A stretch of DNA of 64,000 nt. Origin: Alphaproteobacteria bacterium. Its GTDB lineage: Bacteria; Pseudomonadota; Alphaproteobacteria; GCA-2731375. Below, in pieces: positions 43,632 through 52,763 of the stretch. The stretch is taken from contig CBDDPY010000002.1 of the NCBI GenBank assembly GCA_965232515.1, positions 6,848,001 to 6,912,000 on the forward strand, read 5' to 3'. Every line of letters begins with the position of its first letter. Positions within the stretch are counted from its first letter, which is position 1. The position numbers and the translations under genes were made by a program. Below the pieces are notes generated by a model that saw nothing but the letters and a program-made list of their open reading frames with translations, did not search any database and was not told the origin of the DNA.

Positions 43632-44123
43632 ATGCTGACCCGAAAACATGCCGAATGGGCGGTCCTGGCGTTCTGTGCGATCCTGATCGCCATCGTCTTT
43701 CAGCAGATCAACACCTCCATGGTCGAACAGGGGATCGCCTCGGGCGGTCCCTACGATAACGCGGCTTCCTATCCGGGCGCTGTCGCGATCCTCATGGGCG
43801 TCCTCATGGCCGCGTTGCTGGTCATCAATTGGCTAAGACCTTCGCCAGCCGTCGACGCGGCGGGATACGCGCTTTCGGACCTCAAGCGTCCGATCCTGCT
43901 CATCCTCATATTCGCGGTCTATCTGGCCGCTCTGGGGACACTGGGTTACCACCTTTCCACACCGCCAATGATTGCGGCCTTCATGGTTTTGAGCGGCCTG
44001 CGAAGACCGCTGGAAGTCATCATGGTCTCCGCCGGCATTTCGTTCGCTTTCGCGTTCCTGTTCGAGGTCTTTCTCAAGATCGTGTTGCCGGGCGGCATGT
44101 TCGGCCTCAACATTCTGTGGTAG
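43632..44123 (+). CDS. TTT small membrane subunit (TctB)
   Basis: About four TM helices, YP, LGY, F...L...LPGG; lies between TctC and TctA. Confidence 0.88.
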   Translation: MLTRKHAEWAVLAFCAILIAIVFQQINTSMVEQGIASGGPYDNAASYPGAVAILMGVLMAALLVINWLRPSPAVDAAGYALSDLKRPILLILIFAVYLAALGTLGYHLSTPPMIAAFMVLSGLRRPLEVIMVSAGISFAFAFLFEVFLKIVLPGGMFGLNILW

Positions 44124-44129
44124 GCGACC

Positions 44130-45629
44130 ATACTAGCCGAATCCCTCACCACCGGGTTTGAGCTGTTTTCGACGCCGCTCGCGATCGGACTGACGCTGAT
44201 TGGCGTCATGTTCGGCCTTCTCGTCGGCGCGCTGCCCGGGCTCGGCCCGCTGATGGGGATCATCCTGCTTCTGCCCGTTGCGATCGGCCTGCCACCGGTC
44301 GCGGCGATGGGGCTGCTGATCGCGATTTTCGTCGGCGGTTCCTGCGGCGGTTCGATATCCGCCATCCTACTGCGCATTCCCGGCACGCCGCTTGCCGCCG
44401 CCACCTTGTTCGACGGCTATCCAATGGCGCAAAAGGGACGCGTCGCGGACGCGATCGGCATCGCCATTTCCGCATCCGCGCTCGGCGGTCTGTTCGGCGG
44501 CCTCGTCTTGATCTTGTTCGCGCCCGTGCTCGCCGATTTCGCGCGCGGTTTCGCGCCGCCGGAATATACCTCCCTCGCGTTGACCGGACTGATCGCGATC
44601 GTCGTCATTTCGGGCGGATCGCTGCTCAAGGGATTGCTGTCGGGCTGCTTTGGTCTGCTGCTGGCGACCATCGGAACCGACGAGTTTTCGACGGGTTATC
44701 GATTTACCTTCGATTCCTACCACATGCTGAACGGGTTTCACATTGTCGCCGTTGTTGTCGGCTTGTTTGCGGTCTCCGAAATGGCTATGCAGATCAAGCA
44801 GCCCGGCCTGACCGAAAAACCGAATATCGCGACCGTGCGCGCGAGCTTCTCATCGCTGATCCTGACCCTGCGCCACTGGGTCAATCTCCTGCGCTCGTCG
44901 ATGATCGGCGCGCTTTTCGGATCGCTCCCGGGAGCCGGCGGCGTGATCAGCTCCTTCACCTCCTATGCGGTCGCCAAAGCCGCGGCGAAACCGGAGGAAA
45001 AATATGGAGAAGGCGCGGAAGGCGGCATCGTCGCGACCGAAGCGGCCAACAATTCCACCGTCGGCGGCACACTCATCCCGACGCTGGCTCTTGGCATTCC
45101 CGGCGACGCAACGACCGCCGTTCTTCTCGGCATGCTTCTGATACTGGGCTTCTTCCCCGGTCCGATCCTGTTCGAACAACAGCCCGAGATCGTCGGCGGC
45201 ATCTTCCTGGTTTATCTGACGTCGAACGTCATGCTGCTTGTCGCGGGCATCGTCACCACGCCCATATTCGTTTACGTGCTGCGGATCCGCAAAGCACATC
45301 TGATCCCGACGGTCCTGCTGATGTGCGCGATCGGCACATACGCCCTGCAGGCCTCGGTCTTCGATCTCGGCGTCATGCTCGGCTTCGGACTGATCGGTAT
45401 CGTATTTCGCGCCGCCGGCTACCCTCTCGCGCCGGCCGTCATCGGCGCCGTCCTCGGCCCGCTGCTGGAAAACAATCTCAGGCGATCCCTTCTCCTGTCA
45501 CACGACGGATACTGGATCTTTCTCGAGCGGCCGGTATCGGCCGTTCTGATTGTGATCAATATCGGGCTGATCACGGGCGCGGTCTGGTTCGCGCTGAGAC
45601 AGCGGAAAGCCGCGGCCGCCCGACAATGA
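44130..45629 (+). CDS. TTT large membrane subunit (TctA); start uncertain
   Basis: GALPGLG, IPGTP...AT.FDGYPMA, EAANN, LALGIPG; homology-like sequence extends upstream of ATG 44208 to an ATA at 44130. Confidence 0.92.
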   Translation: MLAESLTTGFELFSTPLAIGLTLIGVMFGLLVGALPGLGPLMGIILLLPVAIGLPPVAAMGLLIAIFVGGSCGGSISAILLRIPGTPLAAATLFDGYPMAQKGRVADAIGIAISASALGGLFGGLVLILFAPVLADFARGFAPPEYTSLALTGLIAIVVISGGSLLKGLLSGCFGLLLATIGTDEFSTGYRFTFDSYHMLNGFHIVAVVVGLFAVSEMAMQIKQPGLTEKPNIATVRASFSSLILTLRHWVNLLRSSMIGALFGSLPGAGGVISSFTSYAVAKAAAKPEEKYGEGAEGGIVATEAANNSTVGGTLIPTLALGIPGDATTAVLLGMLLILGFFPGPILFEQQPEIVGGIFLVYLTSNVMLLVAGIVTTPIFVYVLRIRKAHLIPTVLLMCAIGTYALQASVFDLGVMLGFGLIGIVFRAAGYPLAPAVIGAVLGPLLENNLRRSLLLSHDGYWIFLERPVSAVLIVINIGLITGAVWFALRQRKAAAARQ

Positions 45630-45729
45630 CCAAGCTCGCATCGCGTCAAATGCCAGAGGTGACGTTCTCTGCTGGAAGCCGGGAAATCCCGGCCGAATCA
45701 GCGCCATCGAAGCTCGAGGAATTCGAAGA

Positions 45730-48111
45730 ATGATAGAACCGACTTACAAGAACCGAGACGCGTCGGCGTCGGACCGGGCGCAGGACCTGATCGCGCGAAT
45801 GACGGTGCGGGAAAAGATCGCGCAGCTCCGATCGCTTTGGGTGAAACTGCACGCCGACGGTTCGTACGAAATCTACGATCGTTCGAGCGAAAAGCGGGCC
45901 GAGTACCAGGACGCGTTGAAAGACGGCATCGGTCAGATCACGCGGCCTTTCGGCACCCATCCAATTCCGCTAAAGGAAGGCGCGGCGACCCTGAACCGGC
46001 TGCAGAAGTGGCTGCTGGAGGAAACCAGGCTCGGCATTCCCGCCCTGCCGCACGATGAATGCCTGTCGGGGTTCATGGCTTCTCAGGCCACGCAGTTTCC
46101 TTCTCCGCTGAATTTCGGCGCCACCTGGAATCCCGATCTGATCGAACGGGTTGCCGCAATCATAGGCCGGCAAATGCGCGCGGTCGGCGTGCGCCAGGGT
46201 CTGGCGCCGGTCGCCGATGTTGTCCGTGACGCGCGCTGGGGACGGGTCGAGGAGTGTATCGGCGAGGACCCCTATCTGGTCGGCGAAATGATGACGCGCT
46301 ATGTGCTGGGATTGCAAGGCAGCGGCCCCGGCGAGGCCGTCGTCGCGACCTTGAAACACTTCGCCGGGCATTCCTTCACCGAAGGCGGCCGCAACCTGGC
46401 GCCGGCGCATGTCGGTCCGCGCGAACTCGCCGACATTTTTCTCCTGCCGTTCGAGATGGCGGTCAAGAGCGGCAATGCCGGCTCCGTCATGAGCGCGTAT
46501 CACGACATAGACGGGGTTCCCGCGAGTGCTTCCCGTGAGCTGCTGACCGAAGTCCTGCGGGATCGGTGGGGCTTTGACGGCACGGTGGTCGCCGACTACA
46601 ACATCGTCCGCTATCTCCACACAAAGCATCGGATTGCCGCGGACAAGGCGGAAGCCGCGGCGGCGGCCCTCAATGCCGGAATGGATGTCGAACTGCCGGC
46701 GTCCGAGTATTTCGAGCCGGGTTTGCCGGCGGCCCTCGAACGTCGTCTGGTTACCGAAGAGACAATCGACCAATCCGTCTATCGCGTCTTGAAGATGAAG
46801 TTCGAACTCGGTCTGTTCGACAATCCCTATGTCGAAATCGACGACAGCCCGATCGTCGTGCAGTCGGACCGGGATCTGGCGAGAAGCGTCGCCGATCAAT
46901 CACTCGTCCTGCTCACAAACGACGGCGTGCTGCCGCTTTCGTCCGATATCGGCCGAGTGGCGCTGATCGGGCCGAATGCCGATGAGCAGATGGCTCTGTT
47001 CGGCAACTACAACTACCCGACCAATGTCGCCGCCCGCTATCGCGATGTCGAGATGCCCGTCTTCGCTGATACCATCAGACAGGAATTGGAAGCGCGCCTC
47101 GGATCGGAGCGCGTCGACCATGTCGAGGGCTGCAGGATCCTGACCGGCGCGTTTCGCCGCGTGCGCCACCTCATCGACGGTCCGACGCCGGACAAGTCGG
47201 TCGATGTCATCGACGACGACCGGTCGAACATTCCCGCGGCCGTCGAAGCCGCGCAAAATGCCGATGTCGCAATTCTGGTTATCGGCGATCGGGCGGGGCA
47301 TTTCGAAACCGGCACGGTCGGCGAAGGCAGCGACGTAAATTCGCTCGCACTTCCGGGCGTTCAGGACGAACTGGTGAATTCAGTCCTGGCGACCGGAACG
47401 CCGACCGTTGTCGTCGTCATTTCCGGTCGTCCGTACCGACTCAAACACGTCAAGGATCGCGCCGGCGCGATCCTGCAGGCGTGGTTTCCGGGACAGGAAG
47501 GTGCCGCGGCAATCACCGACGCGCTGTTCGGGGACCGCAATCCCGGGGGCAAGACGACGGTCACGTTTCCCGGCGGCGCCGGCGCTCAACCAATATTCTA
47601 CAATCACAAGGCGCTGAGCGCCGGCCTTCCGCCGCTCGACCATTTCGAGATCGTATTTCCGTTCGGCCACGGCCTCAGCTACACGACCTTTGCCTACGAC
47701 GACGTACAGCTTTCCGCCGACACGTGGCCAATCGGCGAGCGGATGCAGATCAGCTGCCGGATCGGCAATACCGGTGAGCGGGCGGGGGACGAGATCGTTC
47801 AGCTCTACGTTCGAGATTCAGTCGCCAGCATCGCGCGGCCCAACATGGAGCTGAAGGGGTTCAAACGGATTTCGCTGGAACCCGGGGAAGTCAAGCGGGT
47901 GACGTTCGACCTGCATTCCGATCTCCTGAGTTTCACCGGCGTCTCGTTGGAGCGCATCGTCGAGCCGGGCGAAACTGAAATCGCGATTGGCGCCTCAAGC
48001 GCGGATATCCGCTTGCGGACGACCGTCCATGTCGTGGGCGAGACGACTGTGCTGTCTGAGGATCGGGAAATGTTCTGTCAGGCTCGGGTCGGTGCCGGCG
48101 GGGCCGGATGA
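45730..48111 (+). CDS. Glycoside hydrolase family 3 (beta-glucosidase/xylosidase)
   Basis: TRLGIP, RDARWGRVEE, KHF, VMSAY, WGFDG.VVADY, FPFGHGLSYT, Fn3-like tail; no signal peptide. Confidence 0.95.
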   Translation: MIEPTYKNRDASASDRAQDLIARMTVREKIAQLRSLWVKLHADGSYEIYDRSSEKRAEYQDALKDGIGQITRPFGTHPIPLKEGAATLNRLQKWLLEETRLGIPALPHDECLSGFMASQATQFPSPLNFGATWNPDLIERVAAIIGRQMRAVGVRQGLAPVADVVRDARWGRVEECIGEDPYLVGEMMTRYVLGLQGSGPGEAVVATLKHFAGHSFTEGGRNLAPAHVGPRELADIFLLPFEMAVKSGNAGSVMSAYHDIDGVPASASRELLTEVLRDRWGFDGTVVADYNIVRYLHTKHRIAADKAEAAAAALNAGMDVELPASEYFEPGLPAALERRLVTEETIDQSVYRVLKMKFELGLFDNPYVEIDDSPIVVQSDRDLARSVADQSLVLLTNDGVLPLSSDIGRVALIGPNADEQMALFGNYNYPTNVAARYRDVEMPVFADTIRQELEARLGSERVDHVEGCRILTGAFRRVRHLIDGPTPDKSVDVIDDDRSNIPAAVEAAQNADVAILVIGDRAGHFETGTVGEGSDVNSLALPGVQDELVNSVLATGTPTVVVVISGRPYRLKHVKDRAGAILQAWFPGQEGAAAITDALFGDRNPGGKTTVTFPGGAGAQPIFYNHKALSAGLPPLDHFEIVFPFGHGLSYTTFAYDDVQLSADTWPIGERMQISCRIGNTGERAGDEIVQLYVRDSVASIARPNMELKGFKRISLEPGEVKRVTFDLHSDLLSFTGVSLERIVEPGETEIAIGASSADIRLRTTVHVVGETTVLSEDREMFCQARVGAGGAG

Positions 48112-48244
48112 ATGCGATTGCCGCGTCGCGAATACCGCCGGTGATCGACTGCGTGTAGTTCGCGCGCCGGCAGATCTCGTCTCGGTTCCGCTGCGTCGTC
48201 CGTGGCTCCCGTGTTGGCATTCCTTTGCTGCCGAAACGCCCGTG

Positions 48245-48271
48245 GCAATTACGGTTACTGTCACCGGAATT
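48245..48271. repeat. REP-like imperfect palindrome
   Basis: GCAATTACGGTTACTGTCACCGGAATT, near-identical to the 39793/39841 copies. Confidence 0.75.
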
Positions 48272-48284
48272 TCTGTGCCTGCGG

Positions 48285-49484
48285 TCAGATAACAGCCGGA
48301 CGGCGGCGCCAGGCTAAGAGGGCCAGCGCGAGGGCCAAGGCCAGGAGTGGGGCGGTGGGGGGCTCGGGGATTTGGGCGACGGGCGGGGTTTGGGTGGCTG
48401 GCGGTTCGCCGATGTCGGGGACGGTGAGGAAGCTGATGTTGGTGGTGAGGGGGTCGCACGCGCCGCCGGCGGCGCCGGGGTTGGCTTCGATCTGGCCGTT
48501 GTTTGTGAGGCTGCCGTCGGTGTTGCTGAGGAAGGCGATACGGCCGCCGCCGCCGCAGCCGCCACGGCCGCCACCCGCGCCGCCGCCATCGCCGCCGTTG
48601 GCGGTGAGGATCGTGTCGAGATCGATCGCGATGTCGAAGGCGTGGAAGAACAGGCCGCCGCCGGAACCGCCGCCCCCGCCGGTGACGCGGCCGGGCAGGA
48701 AATTACCGTCGCCGCCGTCGGCGCTGATCTCGGCGCCGACGAAGCTGAGCGCGCCCAGCGCGCCGATCTCGAGCGCGCCACCGCCCCCGCCGCCGCCGGA
48801 ACCGCCGCCGAAAAAGGCACCCTGAAAGCCACCGCCGCCGCCACCGCCGGAGCCGCCCTGAAGCGCGGCGGTAAGGCCGCCATGGGCGACGCCGCCGTCG
48901 GCCTTGCCGATGCCAGCGCCCGCGTCGCCGCCCGGCGTGCCGAAGCCGCCGCCGGCCCCGCCGCTGTCGTTCGAGCCGCCGTTGTCGACGCTGCCATGCT
49001 CGCCGCCGCCCGGCCCGAAGCCGTCCTGCTCGCGGGGATTGCTGAGGCCTCGGAAGCCCCGGCCGCCCTGGCCGCCACCCGGACCGGCATCGCCACCTGA
49101 TGTGACGCCGGGATTGGCTGCATTGGTGGTCCGGCCGCCGATGTCGATGGCGCCCGAGACCGTGACGTCGCCGAGGAACAGAAAGGCCACCGCATTCGCG
49201 CCGGTGACGTTGACGTCGCCCAGAACGGAACCGCCGTCGAAGGCGAAGACGGCGATATCGGGCGGCCCGCCCGTGCGCTCGCCGAAGGGCGCGCCGCCGT
49301 GGCTGAACAGCGTGCCGCCGGCGCCGCCGTTGAAGGTGAGCGCATCGGTGTCGATGGTTATGGAGGCGCCGTTGAGCTGGCCGAGCGAGGTGAAATCGTT
49401 GGGGTTCAGCGGCAGGGCCGCGGCATCGAACGCCGTCAGGCCAACGGCGCAGGCGCCGGCGAGAATGAGTTTGGGGTGTTTCAT
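48285..49484 (-). CDS. Gly-rich secreted protein with a PEP-CTERM-type sorting signal
   Basis: Signal peptide, GGGGG-rich repeats, C-terminal IPEP + hydrophobic helix + RRR; GAGGAGG RBS. Confidence 0.88.
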   Translation of the reverse strand: MKHPKLILAGACAVGLTAFDAAALPLNPNDFTSLGQLNGASITIDTDALTFNGGAGGTLFSHGGAPFGERTGGPPDIAVFAFDGGSVLGDVNVTGANAVAFLFLGDVTVSGAIDIGGRTTNAANPGVTSGGDAGPGGGQGGRGFRGLSNPREQDGFGPGGGEHGSVDNGGSNDSGGAGGGFGTPGGDAGAGIGKADGGVAHGGLTAALQGGSGGGGGGGFQGAFFGGGSGGGGGGGALEIGALGALSFVGAEISADGGDGNFLPGRVTGGGGGSGGGLFFHAFDIAIDLDTILTANGGDGGGAGGGRGGCGGGGRIAFLSNTDGSLTNNGQIEANPGAAGGACDPLTTNISFLTVPDIGEPPATQTPPVAQIPEPPTAPLLALALALALLAWRRRPAVI

Positions 49485-49785
49485 GGTGCCTCCTCGAGCT
49501 CGGCAGGGCGTTCGCGGCAGGGGATGTCACCGAAAGCCGTCGCATCGCCGTCGTTGTTTTCGCACCGCCAAGAATTCGCGTGCTTTGGTCCTGGCCTGGG
49601 ACTCGGGTGATGGGGTCTTAAACTTTGCCCGGCAAACTCCTTAACCATTGCGGATCCGCGACCACATGGAATCGTTTGTCCGGCTAAGCTAACGTTCGAG
49701 TATTGGGGCTGTCGTCACCAGATCCGGTGATGGGGTTTACTTAACCATAAAGGAATCGCGACAAGCGGTTCGGGAGACCGGCGTA

Positions 49786-50535
49786 ATGAAACGCGATTGG
49801 ATATTGGAAACGGTCGACGGCATGTACGCCGCCGCCACGGGTGAAATCGCCTGGGATCCGGTTCTGACCACGATCGCGGAAGAGCTGAACGCCGACGGCG
49901 CAACGATGGAGATCCATCGCGTCGACGACAAGCGTGTCGCGCGGATCGAAAGCGTGCGCCTCGATATGTCGAACGCCATGCGCTATGCGCGGGACTACAG
50001 TCACAATCCGCGCAACGCCTTTCTGCACACGTTCAGGAATGGCGTGATCGGCCACGATCACCTGCTGATCGATGAGCCGGAGATGGACCGCGATCCGTTC
50101 TATCAGGAGCTGCTGGCGCCGTCGGGACTGCGCTATTTCATCTCCGCCCAGACGCCGATCCTGGACGACAATTTCGTGGCCTTTCTGGCGTTCCAGCTAC
50201 GGGCGCGGGACGGCGCCGCGAGCGACAGACACTTCACCGTCATGCGGCTGCTGGAGCCGCACATCAAGCGCGCCCTGTCGGTGGCGTGGATCGGGCAGCG
50301 GGACCAGGTCGATCCGGAGCGGTTCGTCAGGGTCCTGGCGAGCCTCGGTTTGACGGCGGCCGAATGCCAGCTCGCGAAATGCCTGGCGCTGGGCGAGGCG
50401 TTGCCGGACTACGCACGACGCAACGGCCGCTCGACCAACACGGTCCATACGCATTACCGGCGCATCAAGGACAAGCTGGACTGCGCCAACCAGACCGAGC
50501 TGCTCGCCCGCCTGCATATGCTGAAGGCATCCTGA
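49786..50535 (+). CDS. LuxR-type HTH transcriptional regulator with N-terminal GAF-like region
   Basis: C-terminal GLTAAE..LA..LA.G...A...S.NTV.TH...I..KL....Q.EL. Confidence 0.88.
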   Translation: MKRDWILETVDGMYAAATGEIAWDPVLTTIAEELNADGATMEIHRVDDKRVARIESVRLDMSNAMRYARDYSHNPRNAFLHTFRNGVIGHDHLLIDEPEMDRDPFYQELLAPSGLRYFISAQTPILDDNFVAFLAFQLRARDGAASDRHFTVMRLLEPHIKRALSVAWIGQRDQVDPERFVRVLASLGLTAAECQLAKCLALGEALPDYARRNGRSTNTVHTHYRRIKDKLDCANQTELLARLHMLKAS

Positions 50536-50564
50536 GCGGATGTGCCGTCGGCACGCCCGATCTA

Positions 50565-50619
50565 TTCACCACAGAGGACACCGAGCACACATAGAAAAAG
50601 CCGGTTGGCGCAAAGCGCC
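50565..50619 (+). repeat. Half copy of the CACCACAGAGGACAC-type repeat
   Basis: TTCACCACAGAGGACACCGAGCACACATAG followed by a GGCGC-AAA-GCGCC mini-hairpin, as in the 39624 copy. Confidence 0.6.
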
Positions 50620-50907
50620 TAGACACTCGGGTACCACATGGGTACCGCGAGAGATCAAACTTAATCCATCGTCAGTGATGGATAGGCCCAGACGTGCCCC
50701 GCAGAACTGGTGAGTCAGTTTCAGAGTTCGACGGCCTGAGTTTACCCGATGCGGGCGTAACGTGCCGCATTGAATTAGCTAGTTCGTTGTGGAGGAACTC
50801 TCCCGGCATGTGACTTTTCAATCCGTCGAGCGCCCTCGCGTGGAACTCCATGGAGGAGAGCCACGACCGGGAGACGCTGATGGTGCCATGAGGGTTGGTG
50901 ATGTGTA

Positions 50908-51027
50908 TCCATTGCGCTCGCGATGATCAAGGGCCGCCATCAGCTTGCGTAGCGACAGATCGCCGGTCGCCCCGAAGACGACGTGGTCGAAAGATCTTAC
51001 CGGGATGATGTTTGCGCCGACCGTCAT
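50908..51027 (-). pseudogene. zwf: N-terminal fragment of glucose-6-phosphate dehydrogenase
   Basis: IIPVRSFDHVVFGATGDLSLRKLMAAL matches the Zwf N-terminal GxTGDLxxRKL motif; similarity ends after ~40 codons. Confidence 0.8.
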
Positions 51028-51123
51028 CCTCACTCTGGCCTAAGCACGCTGCCGTGGCCGGGCAATTGGGTTGGTCCTTGGGGCCGACGGCCCCTCCCAC
51101 TCTTCTAAGGGAAAACACAGGGT

Positions 51124-51777
51124 TTATGGAATTGCTTCGAGAAGGTTCTGGAGCTGATCGATGACGAGCTTCGCTCCCATGCGCTGAAGGCGGCCCGCTT
51201 GCTTGGCGTCACAATGCGCTCCGCCCACAAAACCTATCGGATGCATGCCCGCTGCAACTGCGGCCCTAACGCCGGCCGTGCTGTCTTCGACTACGATGCA
51301 GCGGTCCGGAGCAACCTTCATCCTGGTCGCGGCGTGAAGGAACAGATCCGGTGCCGGCTTGCCGTGCGTGACCTCGCTGGAACTAAAGATATTCGGGGTA
51401 AAGAGATCGTAGAGACCCGTGAGAGTCAGGGTAAACTGCAATTTTTCATGAGTGCTGCTTGACGCGATGCAGAAAGGAACATCGAGCTGCTGTATGATCG
51501 CCTGGACGCCCGGTATCGGCCGCAGTTCTTCTGGCATCAGGTCGGCGATGCGTTGGGCGACACGCGCCTCGTAGTCGGAAGGCAGCGACCGGCCGGCGTC
51601 GCGTTCGATCGTTGCTCGCATATCCTTTTGCGAAACGCCGGCGAACTTCTGTATGACGTCTTTCGTGGACATAGGGATGCCAAGTGCGGAGAGTTCCTCG
51701 GCATCGACGCGGCAGGCGATGATTTCGCTGTCGATCAACACGCCGTCGCAATCGAAGATGATGAGTTCCGGTGTCAT
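51124..51777 (-). CDS. HAD-superfamily phosphatase (subfamily IA)
   Basis: IFDCDGVLIDSE, ASSS, GKPAPDLF, VVEDS..GV.AA.AAGM. Confidence 0.93.
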   Translation of the reverse strand: MTPELIIFDCDGVLIDSEIIACRVDAEELSALGIPMSTKDVIQKFAGVSQKDMRATIERDAGRSLPSDYEARVAQRIADLMPEELRPIPGVQAIIQQLDVPFCIASSSTHEKLQFTLTLTGLYDLFTPNIFSSSEVTHGKPAPDLFLHAATRMKVAPDRCIVVEDSTAGVRAAVAAGMHPIGFVGGAHCDAKQAGRLQRMGAKLVIDQLQNLLEAIP

Positions 51778-51797
51778 GACTGCCCCGCCCTGGTGGA

Positions 51798-52652
51798 TCA
51801 CATCCATCGCTGGGCTCCGGCAGACCTCACAAGTTCGAAGGACCCGCGACCGTCGACGGTGGGATACTCTCGCGCGATGAGTTCGTTCGGTCCGGCGGGA
51901 TCGACGGAGTGTACACAGATCTCCTTCTCGCCAATGAGCAGGATGTCGTAGGCCGGCCCCTGGTCGACATAGTCCGCCTGCTCGGCTGCCGGTTCCGACA
52001 GAATCTTGTGGCAAGTCCCGCGCGAGGCGCTATAGCTCACGCCACGCCAGACCCCGCTCGTGTTGACGTGGACATGGCCGAACACAATGTGGGCAACGTT
52101 TGGATGGCGCACCAGCCGCTCCATGACCTCCGCACCGTTTTCCAACAACATCTCGTCGAACCAGCGGAGGCCGACGGAAAGCGGTGGATGGTGCATGAAG
52201 ACAATCACTTGGCGTCCTGCCGAGGCCGCCAACTGTTCATCGAACCAGGACAGGCGCCGTTCGCAAAGAAAGCCCGAACCGGGACGGCTTTCATCAAGCG
52301 TGTCCAAGAGGATGCAGAACGTTTCCTCGACTTGAACAGTGCCTTGAACAAACCCGCCATCGTCGGTCGCCACATCCGGGAAGACCTCCAGGAAAGCAGC
52401 ACGCGCATCGTGGTTTCCGAGGAGTAAGCGGTAAGGGACTTGAAGGTCCGTCAAGCAGTTCCTCAACACCCTGTAGGCCCGCTCTTCGCCATGGTCCGTC
52501 AGATCGCCGGTTAAGACGCAGACCGCCGCATCGCCATGGTTTTCGTTGATTGAACGCACCACGGCCTGCAACCGCTTGGCTGGGTCAAGGCCGAGAATGC
52601 TCTCGCCGGGTGGGCAGAGATGGGGGTCTGTGATCTGAATAATCTTCTGCAT
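51798..52652 (-). CDS. Metallophosphoesterase (CpdA/GpdQ-like phosphodiesterase)
   Basis: TDPH, TGDL, GNHD, MHHPP, FGHVH. Confidence 0.92.
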   Translation of the reverse strand: MQKIIQITDPHLCPPGESILGLDPAKRLQAVVRSINENHGDAAVCVLTGDLTDHGEERAYRVLRNCLTDLQVPYRLLLGNHDARAAFLEVFPDVATDDGGFVQGTVQVEETFCILLDTLDESRPGSGFLCERRLSWFDEQLAASAGRQVIVFMHHPPLSVGLRWFDEMLLENGAEVMERLVRHPNVAHIVFGHVHVNTSGVWRGVSYSASRGTCHKILSEPAAEQADYVDQGPAYDILLIGEKEICVHSVDPAGPNELIAREYPTVDGRGSFELVRSAGAQRWM

Positions 52653-52714
52653 CTTCGTTGATCTGATGTCAGTTAACGCGGGGGCGCGAAGCTTCTCAGA
52701 GAATCTGGCGTTTG

Positions 52715-52745
52715 GCCGGGCGCCGCACTACCGCCGCGCCCGGCC
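52715..52745 (-). other. Intergenic stem-loop after the SBP gene (mRNA stabiliser or attenuator)
   Basis: GGCCGGGCGC...GCGCCCGGCC inverted repeat; coordinates approximate. Confidence 0.5.
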
Positions 52746-52763
52746 TGACCATTGATGCCGGAG

